From positions 21,064 to 85,063 of IMG/VR virus record IMGVR_UViG_3300032820_000003: a DNA stretch of 64,000 nucleotides, one strand, 5' to 3'. Positions within the stretch are counted from its first letter, which is position 1, and each line of letters starts with the position of its first letter. Positions 55,025 to 64,000 of this stretch are shown here, piece after piece. Both the position numbers and the translations under genes were made by a program. This DNA is from a virus. A model generated the notes under the pieces. That model made no database searches, had not been told where the DNA came from, and saw only the letters and a list, made by a program, of their open reading frames with translations.

Positions 55025-55369
55025 TTATAAAGTTTCTCCACATTCAGAACATTTAGTTGCATCATAATCATGCTCAACGACTTTATCAGGCAAACAATTT
55101 TCACACAGACTTTTATATGCGGTATTTTTTGTCCAATTTGTACCATCAAACTTATATTTAACACCTATCCAATCTGTAGGTTCTGTAACACCAGTATATT
55201 TTAATGTATTACTATTATTCATACTAAGAATAATCATCTCATCCGTTGTTTCATATTTATCTGCTGATGTAGAAGCACATATTGTACGTGTATCATCAAT
55301 AGTTATATTTCTATCATCATTAAATACAAAATATGATATTTTTGTTATTTTATCGACTAATGTCTGCAT
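55025..55369 (-). CDS. Tail fibre-associated protein with C-terminal Zn ribbon
   Basis: PTDWIGVKYKFDGTNW; CENC...CSECG. Confidence 0.65.
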   Translation of the reverse strand: MQTLVDKITKISYFVFNDDRNITIDDTRTICASTSADKYETTDEMIILSMNNSNTLKYTGVTEPTDWIGVKYKFDGTNWTKNTAYKSLCENCLPDKVVEHDYDATKCSECGETL

Positions 55370-55389
55370 TTTCGCTCCTTCTATGTAGT

Positions 55390-58300
55390 TTAACCATATG
55401 CCCTATGGGTTGGAGTATCACCCATAACTAATAATTTAGTTGAGGATACTGCTGTCCCAAGACGTATTAAATCTTGACTTTGTTGAGGAGGCCCATTTTT
55501 AAAGATTGACCCGAATTCATCTATATAATATTCCCTACCCGCAGTTAATCCAGAAAGCCTCTCATTTACGCCTCCAGTAACTGTAACAGTAGCCGTATTT
55601 CCCGCAGTTACGTTACTAGCATCTGCCCCAAGACCTACAAATATACCATTTGCAGTTCCAAAATCATTTAACCTATCTGTTTCACCGCTGGCTACTTTTA
55701 ACATATAAAGTCCTATTGTTATTTTGCGAGTATTAGTACGGTTTCTTGTAGGGCGTTGATCTGCGCCATCCGCACCATAAGTATATGTTTCAGCAGCAAC
55801 TACTACCCTGTTTCTGTCCGCATTATGACAAGCACCTATTTGACCAATATTATTACCAAGTCCATGTCCAGCTACCCAAGGATTTAATCTAAGGTCTGGT
55901 ACGGTTGGAAAATGTGCAGGAGTATATCTATTTTGACTATCCACAGTTATTCTTTTTACGTTCCATGAAGCATCGTGAAAGCCATCATCGCCGGGGAAAC
56001 CATACCACGTACCATTCTGATTTTTATGATAAATATGTAAGAAAGAATCTGACTCTCCAGCATATACCTGAATAACCGCCGATGTACCACCACCACTCGA
56101 CCCACCATTAATACTCTGATTTAGGTTAGTATTATCCTGTGTAGTGGTATTATCAGAGGCACTTATTGTGATGCGCATTTCATACTGATAAGAACTAGAA
56201 TACCCTCCAGTCATATGCACCTCCCCATTAATTCCTGCCCATACCAAATCTTGTGGATGCGGATAATAGGGTTGCCAATTTCCTGTAGTTATAGTATTAA
56301 TTGTAGTCCCACTTGAACCTATATCAAATCCATGTATATGTGAATATGTCCCCATAAAAAATTGTGTGCCGCTATTACCTGTCTTATCTTGATGCGCCCA
56401 TGCTACAGGTTTAGGATAATATGCGGCAGAATTAATCATATTATATTCACTTCCAACAGTAACATTATTCGCCCCACCTTGGGTTTCATTCCAAGCAGTT
56501 CCAAAATCTAATACTCTAGCTTTGGCGTAATAACTACTTCCACCATATGAAACCACTCCTCGATGATCTGACCCACTACTACCGTCCCCATAATAAGGCG
56601 AATAACTATCAGCCGTATGTGTGACAATTGTGAATTCTGTACTAGCTACTACCGTAGTTGGAGATGTGGCTTTTGTTTTTAACAACCACCCCTTTTTCCC
56701 TTGATTAGCAGTCCAGTTAGAACCCGCAGTAGCATAATTCACTATTACTACAGCTTGCTGTCGTGTTTCCAGCATTGCTGCATGGTAATTATGTCCATAT
56801 ACAGGACAATCAGATGTTATTCGCATCTCTGTACCGAAAGTATAATTATCATTAGCATCAATAGTAAAAGGTATAGCAAACATTCCTTGATTAGCACTTC
56901 CGTCAGTCAGAGGCTCGTTAGTTGATGCTAAACATTTTACAGCTATTAATATATGAATATCTGTTTCAGTATCATATAAAACTTTAGGGTATCTATAAGT
57001 ATATGTTTCTTGATCTGCTGGATAACTATATAATTTCAGACCTGTATAATCTGCACCAGTAGTAGTATATTCAACTGCTTGACCACTACTATTTATCCCT
57101 ACAACCATTCCCGGTGTAATAGTGTGACCACTAGCAACAGTTAATTGCATAGTTCCGCCACCGCCACCTGAAGCTTCTTCCCATGTCGCAAGTCCATTAG
57201 CATCTGAAGTTAATACTTTATCTGCTCCCGGACTGCCACCTGAAATTTTAATTTGTCCTGCTAATGTTAGATTTGCATCTTCAAAAGTAGCGATTAACAT
57301 CTCATTAGAGGAAGATGGGTCGTCCCCATAAATTCTAACTTTCCCCGCATTTCCCGGATGTAGGTCAATAGTATTCCAAATACCTGTATTTCCTTGACCA
57401 ATTTCAATAATACCTGTAGCAACAGATTTAATAATATTTCTGTTATATCCATCAAACCAAGAATATATACCACCATATCCATCCAAAACCATAGCTACTT
57501 CGGCGGTACTATCGTTACCAGACCCAGCTAATTGCCAAGTCTGCGGATCAACCCAGATACCCCCATACATAGATAGCTTTGCATTACCTTTTACTGTTGA
57601 GGAACCTATGACAGTTTGTCCATTATTAGCTATATAAAATTTAGCAGCCAGAGAAGCAGCAGCGTCTGCTGAACCAACTCCTGCCGTCCTAAACCTAAAG
57701 CATCCATCTACTAAATCAATTACACAAGCTTCATCGTTGTTTATATATGTAAACTGACTACTACCATTATAGCGTACATTATTAAGCCAGTAACCGCCTC
57801 TACTGGTAAAATTCGCAAAAGCAGTTTGGTTTCCTAGATGTATAGCTTGAAAGCTACTATTCCAATCTTGTTTTGGGACAGCATTAAATCCAGCATGTCC
57901 AGTACCCATATCCATGACTAGGATATTATCTACTCGGTCAGAACCATCATCATTTAACGATTGAAACCAACCTAGTCCACCATCAATTCGGTACATCATC
58001 CATTTATCATTACTTGCACCGCCAGAATCCATCACATGTAGACTAGGAGGATTAGCTTCTATTAATAATTGACCATGAGCAACAGTATCTTTTATATGAA
58101 GTCCAGAAACATCTAAATCTACTGTACCGCCAGCTACGTTTTGGAAGGGGTCATCAATATTAAGTCCCACCTGTACTTTATACTGACTACTTACGTATTT
58201 AGTCCGCATTGAAAGATTTTTATTAAGAGTACTATTAATATGAGTACCGAAACTAAGAATACCCGCATTTGAAGCGTTGTTAAATTGAACTTCAGAATCA

Positions 58301-59964
58301 CTATCAGATAATCGTATATTAGCCTTAGTACCATTTCCATCAGTCCGAAGATACATATGATCTCCAGACCTAATACCAAACATATTAGTATGTAAAGTCT
58401 GAGTACTGTCTATAGTTGCTGCGGTAGCTGCCTCAGTTTGAAAATACATAGTAGTAGTATTATGATCGTAATAAATTTTGGAAACATCATTGTCATTTGC
58501 ATCCCCAAATAACAATCCTGAAGTTCCATTAGCAGCAGTTAAAAATTGTAAGTAATTTGTGCCAGCCCTTTCTAAAACTATTTGTGCTGAAGCATGTGGA
58601 TTTACACCTGTATCATCTACCTTAACGTGCAGTAAATTAGCAGATGATGTTTCTCCTATTCCTACGTTTCCTGCACCAGTTATATTCAAATCGGTACGGG
58701 AATCTGTAGCGTTCCTTATTCGGAAATTACCGCCATTGTTACCAACTATATATTTATCTCCCCCATCTGTATCTTCATATGTAATGTCAGGTGCGCCATC
58801 TTTAAGATGGAGTAACGTTTCTGGAGCATCATCTCCAATTCCTACATTTCCCGTATTTAATATAGTCATTGCATCATAAGCTACTGCCCCATGATTACGA
58901 ACTTGAAATGTCATAGTGCCGCTATAATTTCCATCACCAGTAGTTGTCTTGGTGACCTTAATTCCCCCCATAATTGCCTGAGAACCAGACGTATGTTGAT
59001 TGAGGAATATAATCCCAGCATCAGGAGTAGAACCAAATGCAGTAGAAGATTGAATAGCTAACTGTCCTAGTGCTGTACCTTCTCCTGCTTCAGCACCGTA
59101 TATATGTGTTAAGTACGTAGGAGATATTCCTATTCCTACTTTTCCATTTCTAAAGTTCCAATCTCCACCATAAGTATGGAAAACAAAATCATTCGCATCT
59201 AAATCAGAACGTAATCCAGTTAAAAATCTATCTGTTCCGTTAGCCGTCTGATGACGAAGTGCTGATTGGTCACCCTTTATTATAAGTTGATCAGTTAATG
59301 TTTTAGACCCAGCAATAGTTTGTGCGCCTGTTGTGTAAACCCCATTAGTAACTGTACCAGCATTTCCCGAAGTATTACCCGTAACGTTACCAACTAAATT
59401 TGCTTCAAGAGTTCCAGTTGTAATTGTAAGGCTACTTGCAGTTCCTGTATCCGTAGTTGTACCGAAGTGGAATCTATCATTATCTTCATCCCACGCCATA
59501 ATTGCGTTATGACCACTAGAACCTCTCTCGATAATAATTCCTGCATCTGCTCCCGTACTTGCACCACTTGCCAGTTCAATTATTTTATCAGAAATTGTTG
59601 TATTAGTCGAATTTACTGTTGTAGTTGTGCCAGTAACATTTAAATTACCCGCAGTAATTGTCCCTGTTGTTGTAATTGCTCCAGACCCAACATCTATTGA
59701 TGTAAATCCTGATGTTATTGAACCCGCATTTAACGCCCCAACAGTTGTAAGAGAAGACGTAACAATATTAGAATTTAATGTTGTACCAGATAAATTAGCG
59801 GCAGTAGATGTGATTTCATTCCATGAATCTCCATCCCATTGATATACTTTATTAGTATCTGTTTCGACAAACAACACCCCCTTCTCATTTGCGGTAAGAG
59901 TAGGTCGAACTGGATCATCTGTAGATAATCCTGATATCGTTGTTCCTATATATTGTGTTGCCAT
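55390..59964 (-). CDS. Long tail fibre/receptor-binding protein
   Basis: GNVGIG fibre repeats, KVLTSDANG linker and an aromatic-rich distal domain. Confidence 0.85.
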   Translation of the reverse strand: MATQYIGTTISGLSTDDPVRPTLTANEKGVLFVETDTNKVYQWDGDSWNEITSTAANLSGTTLNSNIVTSSLTTVGALNAGSITSGFTSIDVGSGAITTTGTITAGNLNVTGTTTTVNSTNTTISDKIIELASGASTGADAGIIIERGSSGHNAIMAWDEDNDRFHFGTTTDTGTASSLTITTGTLEANLVGNVTGNTSGNAGTVTNGVYTTGAQTIAGSKTLTDQLIIKGDQSALRHQTANGTDRFLTGLRSDLDANDFVFHTYGGDWNFRNGKVGIGISPTYLTHIYGAEAGEGTALGQLAIQSSTAFGSTPDAGIIFLNQHTSGSQAIMGGIKVTKTTTGDGNYSGTMTFQVRNHGAVAYDAMTILNTGNVGIGDDAPETLLHLKDGAPDITYEDTDGGDKYIVGNNGGNFRIRNATDSRTDLNITGAGNVGIGETSSANLLHVKVDDTGVNPHASAQIVLERAGTNYLQFLTAANGTSGLLFGDANDNDVSKIYYDHNTTTMYFQTEAATAATIDSTQTLHTNMFGIRSGDHMYLRTDGNGTKANIRLSDSDSEVQFNNASNAGILSFGTHINSTLNKNLSMRTKYVSSQYKVQVGLNIDDPFQNVAGGTVDLDVSGLHIKDTVAHGQLLIEANPPSLHVMDSGGASNDKWMMYRIDGGLGWFQSLNDDGSDRVDNILVMDMGTGHAGFNAVPKQDWNSSFQAIHLGNQTAFANFTSRGGYWLNNVRYNGSSQFTYINNDEACVIDLVDGCFRFRTAGVGSADAAASLAAKFYIANNGQTVIGSSTVKGNAKLSMYGGIWVDPQTWQLAGSGNDSTAEVAMVLDGYGGIYSWFDGYNRNIIKSVATGIIEIGQGNTGIWNTIDLHPGNAGKVRIYGDDPSSSNEMLIATFEDANLTLAGQIKISGGSPGADKVLTSDANGLATWEEASGGGGGTMQLTVASGHTITPGMVVGINSSGQAVEYTTTGADYTGLKLYSYPADQETYTYRYPKVLYDTETDIHILIAVKCLASTNEPLTDGSANQGMFAIPFTIDANDNYTFGTEMRITSDCPVYGHNYHAAMLETRQQAVVIVNYATAGSNWTANQGKKGWLLKTKATSPTTVVASTEFTIVTHTADSYSPYYGDGSSGSDHRGVVSYGGSSYYAKARVLDFGTAWNETQGGANNVTVGSEYNMINSAAYYPKPVAWAHQDKTGNSGTQFFMGTYSHIHGFDIGSSGTTINTITTGNWQPYYPHPQDLVWAGINGEVHMTGGYSSSYQYEMRITISASDNTTTQDNTNLNQSINGGSSGGGTSAVIQVYAGESDSFLHIYHKNQNGTWYGFPGDDGFHDASWNVKRITVDSQNRYTPAHFPTVPDLRLNPWVAGHGLGNNIGQIGACHNADRNRVVVAAETYTYGADGADQRPTRNRTNTRKITIGLYMLKVASGETDRLNDFGTANGIFVGLGADASNVTAGNTATVTVTGGVNERLSGLTAGREYYIDEFGSIFKNGPPQQSQDLIRLGTAVSSTKLLVMGDTPTHRAYG

Positions 59965-59994
59965 AAAATCTCCTTAATAATATAGACCTTTATT

Positions 59995-60003
59995 TATTAT
60001 ACT
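59995..60003 (-). promoter_or_regulatory. Putative late promoter
   Basis: AGTATAATA in the intergenic space. Confidence 0.6.
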
Positions 60004-60008
60004 GATTT

Positions 60009-60410
60009 CTACTCCAGAATATATTGCCAATGTTCCTCTGACCACGTATGAGATTTGCCTCTATGGTCATACAGCATAACTTTATTGCCGTCATCATCAT
60101 CAACTTCCAAATATATTGGATCAGGTAATTCAGGAACGGGCGATTTAAACCAATCATTTACTGGATCATAGATATACCCTTGAGAAGGAAAACATTTTCG
60201 GGGATTAACAGAAGGTTTAGTTTTATATACCCGTATATATTTATATGTAGTATTCAATAAATTTCTACAAAAAATTTGTCCCGTTGCTTCATCTGGAGCA
60301 TCTTCAGCAGAAACAACTAAAGCCCCGCCAGTAGCTATATTATTATCGTCTACTTCTGCATAAACAATCTCTGGCCCATCGTAATCCCAATACATAACTC
60401 CTTCAGGCAT
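60009..60410 (-). CDS. Conserved partner of glycine-rich tail proteins
   Basis: YAEVDDNN...GYIYDPVNDWFKSP; TAATG coupling. Confidence 0.65.
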   Translation of the reverse strand: MPEGVMYWDYDGPEIVYAEVDDNNIATGGALVVSAEDAPDEATGQIFCRNLLNTTYKYIRVYKTKPSVNPRKCFPSQGYIYDPVNDWFKSPVPELPDPIYLEVDDDDGNKVMLYDHRGKSHTWSEEHWQYILE

Positions 60411-61618
60411 TACGCTACCACATATCTAATTACAACTATTCCGCTGCCCCCGGAATTCCCATCACCAGTTCCACCATCGCCAGTATTTGCCGATCCCGTA
60501 TAATTACCACCAGATGGTCTATTGTCTCCGTTTCTCCCACGAGAACCTCCACCACCAGCATAATAAACATCGCTTCCCGTTCTTATTTTATTAGCTTTTG
60601 CTGCCCCACCTTTTCCAGTAGTTGAAGTTGAGTACCAGCCTCCAGCAGTACCGCCGCCGCCAGCACCGCCTCCACCTCCACTAATAAACTGACCGCCAGT
60701 AGCGTTAACTCCATCAGCACCACCATTCCCAGCCTTTCCACCCGCATGAGCAGCAGTACTAGTAAAGGTATTGGTTACGTAATTATCTCCCGATGTATTA
60801 TATGTATTATTATAATAATACGAGTTTCCATATTGATTACTCATCCAGTTACCATAAATACCTCCACCACCAGACCCGCCATGTCCTCCAGCATTAGAGT
60901 TATCACTAGCACCTCCCGTTATACCACCAAATACGCCTCCATTACTTGAAGAATAGTTACCTGAAAATCCTCCCCCACCTCCACGAACAATTACCAGATA
61001 AGTGCTTCCATCAGCTAATCTTATATAACTTCCATTACCCCCACTTCCAGAGTAGTCATATCCACCGCCAGAACCTCCTGAACCAACGTAGACAGTATAG
61101 TTTTGAGCCGTAATATCCTTCTTTTGCGCCCGACCAATACTATTATGTTCATTATAATAATTTTGTTGACCATATAAATTTCGATTATCAAACGGTACAG
61201 AGTAGTCATAGTATTCCATGCCACCAGCACCGCCGCCGCCGCCATACCTAGTAGCACCGCCACCATAACCACCAGCACCACCTCCACCACCAACACATAG
61301 AACAGAAATAGTAGCATCAGTACCTACTGAACTAACTGCGAAGGTTCCACTAGAAGTAAATGTATGTACTTTGTAATTTTTACTCCCCTGTCCATCGATA
61401 TCAGCGGTGTATGTAGTTACAGTTCCACCAGTAGCAGATGTATATGTAACATTAGAAGCCCCATACATATCTGTGGCTAACTGTATTTCACCAGAAGCTG
61501 GAACATCACCTTTATCACGATAGTCGGACATTTGAATTTCTTGGCTGCCATCATGTGTGCCAGTAAATTCATTGTAGATATCGGACATTTTCATTTGTCC
61601 ACTACCTTGAAGTGCCAT
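60410..61618 (-). CDS. Glycine-rich tail fibre/adhesin protein
   Basis: MALQGSGQMKMSDI N-terminus; HTFTSSG, VGGGGG and GGSGIVVIRY. Confidence 0.85.
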   Translation of the reverse strand: MALQGSGQMKMSDIYNEFTGTHDGSQEIQMSDYRDKGDVPASGEIQLATDMYGASNVTYTSATGGTVTTYTADIDGQGSKNYKVHTFTSSGTFAVSSVGTDATISVLCVGGGGGAGGYGGGATRYGGGGGAGGMEYYDYSVPFDNRNLYGQQNYYNEHNSIGRAQKKDITAQNYTVYVGSGGSGGGYDYSGSGGNGSYIRLADGSTYLVIVRGGGGGFSGNYSSSNGGVFGGITGGASDNSNAGGHGGSGGGGIYGNWMSNQYGNSYYYNNTYNTSGDNYVTNTFTSTAAHAGGKAGNGGADGVNATGGQFISGGGGGAGGGGTAGGWYSTSTTGKGGAAKANKIRTGSDVYYAGGGGSRGRNGDNRPSGGNYTGSANTGDGGTGDGNSGGSGIVVIRYVVA

Positions 61619-64000
61619 TCTTCAACTCCTGTATTTCATCTTTAAGTTCTTTAATGGACTCTACAAGTAATCCTATAATTCCATTGTAGTTTAAGTATTT
61701 ATATGAACTATCATCATTTAAATTATCAACATCAGTAACTAATTCTGGTAATACTTTTTCTACGTCTTGTGCTATTAATCCAGCACTACTCCCTTTATTC
61801 TCCCGTTTCCAATCAAACGAAACACCTTTTAATTGAGATATTTTATCTAATGCGTGGTCTATTACATTAATGTTTTCCTTTAATGCTATATCCGAACCTA
61901 CTGAGCCAGAAAATGCGTAGACATCTCCATCTGCATGGAAATCTCCATCAGTTTCAAATCTAAATTCTTCAGCAGACATCCCCGGATAGAAAGATATGTT
62001 TCCCGATGACCAAATATGCGTAGGAGCGGCGTATGAATTGCTAGGAACGCTACCATAAATTATGGTTTTAACATTTCCACTTCCGTCTAGCCATCTAAGT
62101 CCAGAACCACCCGCACCGTCATTAGCTTCTAAGAATGTAACGCTTTCATTTCTTGCAGTTCCTTCTAAAGTCCCAGAGCCAATAGTAATTGCATTATCTC
62201 CATTGCCATCAATTCTGACACGCCCTTTACCTGAACCAGAATAAGCTGTTCCCCCAATACCCATATCACCATTAGTGAAATAAGAACTGCCTGATACATG
62301 TAGTTTTGCAGACGGAGTTGTGCCAGCACCCGTTCCAATTCCTACATTGCCTTGATAATCAAAGGTAGCTATTGTTGTACCGCTACCTAAATTTGTGGCT
62401 CTTGCCCCTAAATATTCAATCTTAAATGCTCTTGGGTTATGTGAATCTGCCCATAACGCCCAACTTCTATCGTCAGTATTAGAGGAAGTTAATATTATTC
62501 CACCTTCTCTAGACGAACCGCTAATAGTTTCAGACCCAAACAATGCATATTTATTTGCGCCAGTAGAGTTATCAATTACGTCTAACCTAGTAGATGGAGC
62601 AATTGACCCAATTCCTAGTTTCCCTTCAGAACTTAATTGCATATGTTTCTGAACAGCAGTACCACCAACGGCTCCTGTCCAAAATCCTAATGCTGTAGCA
62701 CTTCCATAAGTATTTTCATTAACCATACCAATTCTGGCTCTTACATCTCCAGCACTCCAGCTACCACTCGCATCAGCAGAAGCGAAATCAATATTTGTAT
62801 TTTGTGTATTAGCAGTAAATGTTCCTGATGTTGTGTTATACAATCTCAATGTTACGGGATTAGTTCCATTTAAGTTACTTCCCCCTGTGATTTGAAGTTT
62901 TTGTTGGGCAGTCGTTGTTGGGGCTGCACCAACTCCTACGTTTCCAGTAGTTCTTTCCACAATTAAAGCATTAGCAGCATTGATAGTTTCTATCTTTAAT
63001 TGGTTTGCAGAACCATCGTATTTCATCCACGCCTGTTCATTATTATCTGCTTCACCAAATGCTAGTTTTCCACTATCCGCATTATTTGCATTAGTCTGTC
63101 TAATAAATATGGTTGGGTCTGAACCGCCCTCTACATGAAGTAGTTGTTGTGGAGAAAGTGTTCCAACTCCTACATTCCCACTATTATTAATAAATATTCC
63201 ATTAGTGGTTGTACTACCAACATACAGCATCATATATGCATTTGCATGAGTATCCGCATTGTTAATAGTGAATTCACCGTTATAGCGTTTAAGAATGTTT
63301 GCTGCTGAAGTACCGTTATTAGCAGCATTGCGAGTAATTAATCTTAAATCTATAGCATCAGTTCCTGCTGTGCTAGAGATATTATATAAATCAAAATACT
63401 TTATTGCATTTACTGCTCCACCACTACCGTATGAGAAATCTCCAGAACCTTTCCAAGTATGCGTCCCAGCGGCTGTTAAAGTAAAATCAACAACCCCCGC
63501 TCTACCCATCCTTAAATCATCTTCATAAACATCCATAAAGTAATAGTTATATGTGGAGTCAAAATCAGCGGCAGTACCAAGTCTTAACTCTCCACCTTCT
63601 TTGTTTGCAGTACCTGAACCATTCCCATCACCACCCAAGGCATGGAATATGCCGTGATTCGTATCATTCAATCCCGTATATAAAGTAGCCGCAGATGTAT
63701 CCAGCCACATTACCTGAGTAGTTCCGTGTCGCCATTTAAAGTCTTCATTTGCTGGCATTGTATGTACCATCTCGCCAGCGTTAACATCTATTAAATGACT
63801 AGTATCTCCAAAGGCTATATAACCATCAGCTTGTATGGTAAGGTCACCTGAAAGGGTTGCTCCACCAGCGGTTGTTTCAAATTTCTTAGAATTGTCATAA
63901 TAGAGTTGTACTTCTGCTGAAGTATCAAATATAGCAGATGTATGACTAGAGTCTTGTATTTTTATATCTGCTGTACCGCCCCCATCAATAATATTGGTAG
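61602..64000 (-). CDS. Tail fibre with C-terminal peptidase S74 chaperone; 5' end lies beyond the window
   Basis: Frame stays open from 63770 to the window edge; GNVGVG repeats; SDIALKENI...GLIAQDVE...LVESIKELK. Confidence 0.88.
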   Translation of the reverse strand, partial: TNIIDGGGTADIKIQDSSHTSAIFDTSAEVQLYYDNSKKFETTAGGATLSGDLTIQADGYIAFGDTSHLIDVNAGEMVHTMPANEDFKWRHGTTQVMWLDTSAATLYTGLNDTNHGIFHALGGDGNGSGTANKEGGELRLGTAADFDSTYNYYFMDVYEDDLRMGRAGVVDFTLTAAGTHTWKGSGDFSYGSGGAVNAIKYFDLYNISSTAGTDAIDLRLITRNAANNGTSAANILKRYNGEFTINNADTHANAYMMLYVGSTTTNGIFINNSGNVGVGTLSPQQLLHVEGGSDPTIFIRQTNANNADSGKLAFGEADNNEQAWMKYDGSANQLKIETINAANALIVERTTGNVGVGAAPTTTAQQKLQITGGSNLNGTNPVTLRLYNTTSGTFTANTQNTNIDFASADASGSWSAGDVRARIGMVNENTYGSATALGFWTGAVGGTAVQKHMQLSSEGKLGIGSIAPSTRLDVIDNSTGANKYALFGSETISGSSREGGIILTSSNTDDRSWALWADSHNPRAFKIEYLGARATNLGSGTTIATFDYQGNVGIGTGAGTTPSAKLHVSGSSYFTNGDMGIGGTAYSGSGKGRVRIDGNGDNAITIGSGTLEGTARNESVTFLEANDGAGGSGLRWLDGSGNVKTIIYGSVPSNSYAAPTHIWSSGNISFYPGMSAEEFRFETDGDFHADGDVYAFSGSVGSDIALKENINVIDHALDKISQLKGVSFDWKRENKGSSAGLIAQDVEKVLPELVTDVDNLNDDSSYKYLNYNGIIGLLVESIKELKDEIQELKNGTSR

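Noticed and set aside
17423-63528. Long plus-strand ORFs (e.g. 17423-17947, 27446-28189, 49703-50068, 58559-58879)
   Set aside because: They are antisense shadows of well-supported minus-strand genes and show no recognisable motifs
1-64000. tRNA genes, including tRNA-Sec
   Set aside because: No T-arm or cloverleaf pattern found by eye in the intergenic gaps; tRNAscan-SE or Aragorn would be needed to be sure
55390-64000. Diversity-generating retroelement acting on tail fibres
   Set aside because: No reverse transcriptase and no adenine-variable repeat pair seen; the GNVGIG repeats are ordinary fibre repeats
1-64000. Integrated prophage or host genes
   Set aside because: No integrase, repressor switch, att site or host housekeeping block in the window; lifestyle cannot be settled from a partial genome

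Overview
This window is about 64 kb of a tailed dsDNA bacteriophage genome, most likely a siphovirus, and nearly all genes are on the minus strand. Transcription runs from high to low coordinates. The order is: tail fibre and tail genes (44.2-64 kb); a replication/recombination block (Hsp20, phage sigma factor, DnaB, primase, SSB, PolA, RecA, Cas4-like and RuvC-like nucleases; 33-44 kb); terminase, a class II ribonucleotide reductase and a redoxin (26.5-32.7 kb); a head module (portal, HExxH protein, phosphoesterase, scaffold, major capsid, prohead protease; 13.8-26.1 kb); small membrane proteins (11.5-13.8 kb); and an early region of short ORFs with sigma70-type promoters (0-11 kb). The most notable feature is an NrdH/glutaredoxin-like gene (26588-26818) whose first active-site residue is an in-frame TGA (UGPC motif), followed by a hairpin that fits a bacterial SECIS. 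It is therefore a probable phage-encoded selenoprotein, and the supplied ORF track truncates it. Other notable features are a HiPIP-like 4-Cys domain in the prohead protease, a metallothionein-like protein, a ribosomal L7/L12-like domain, two promoter classes (five early promoters carry TCGA at a fixed position), and a -1 frameshifted tail chaperone. All calls come from reading motifs by eye; no searches were run.
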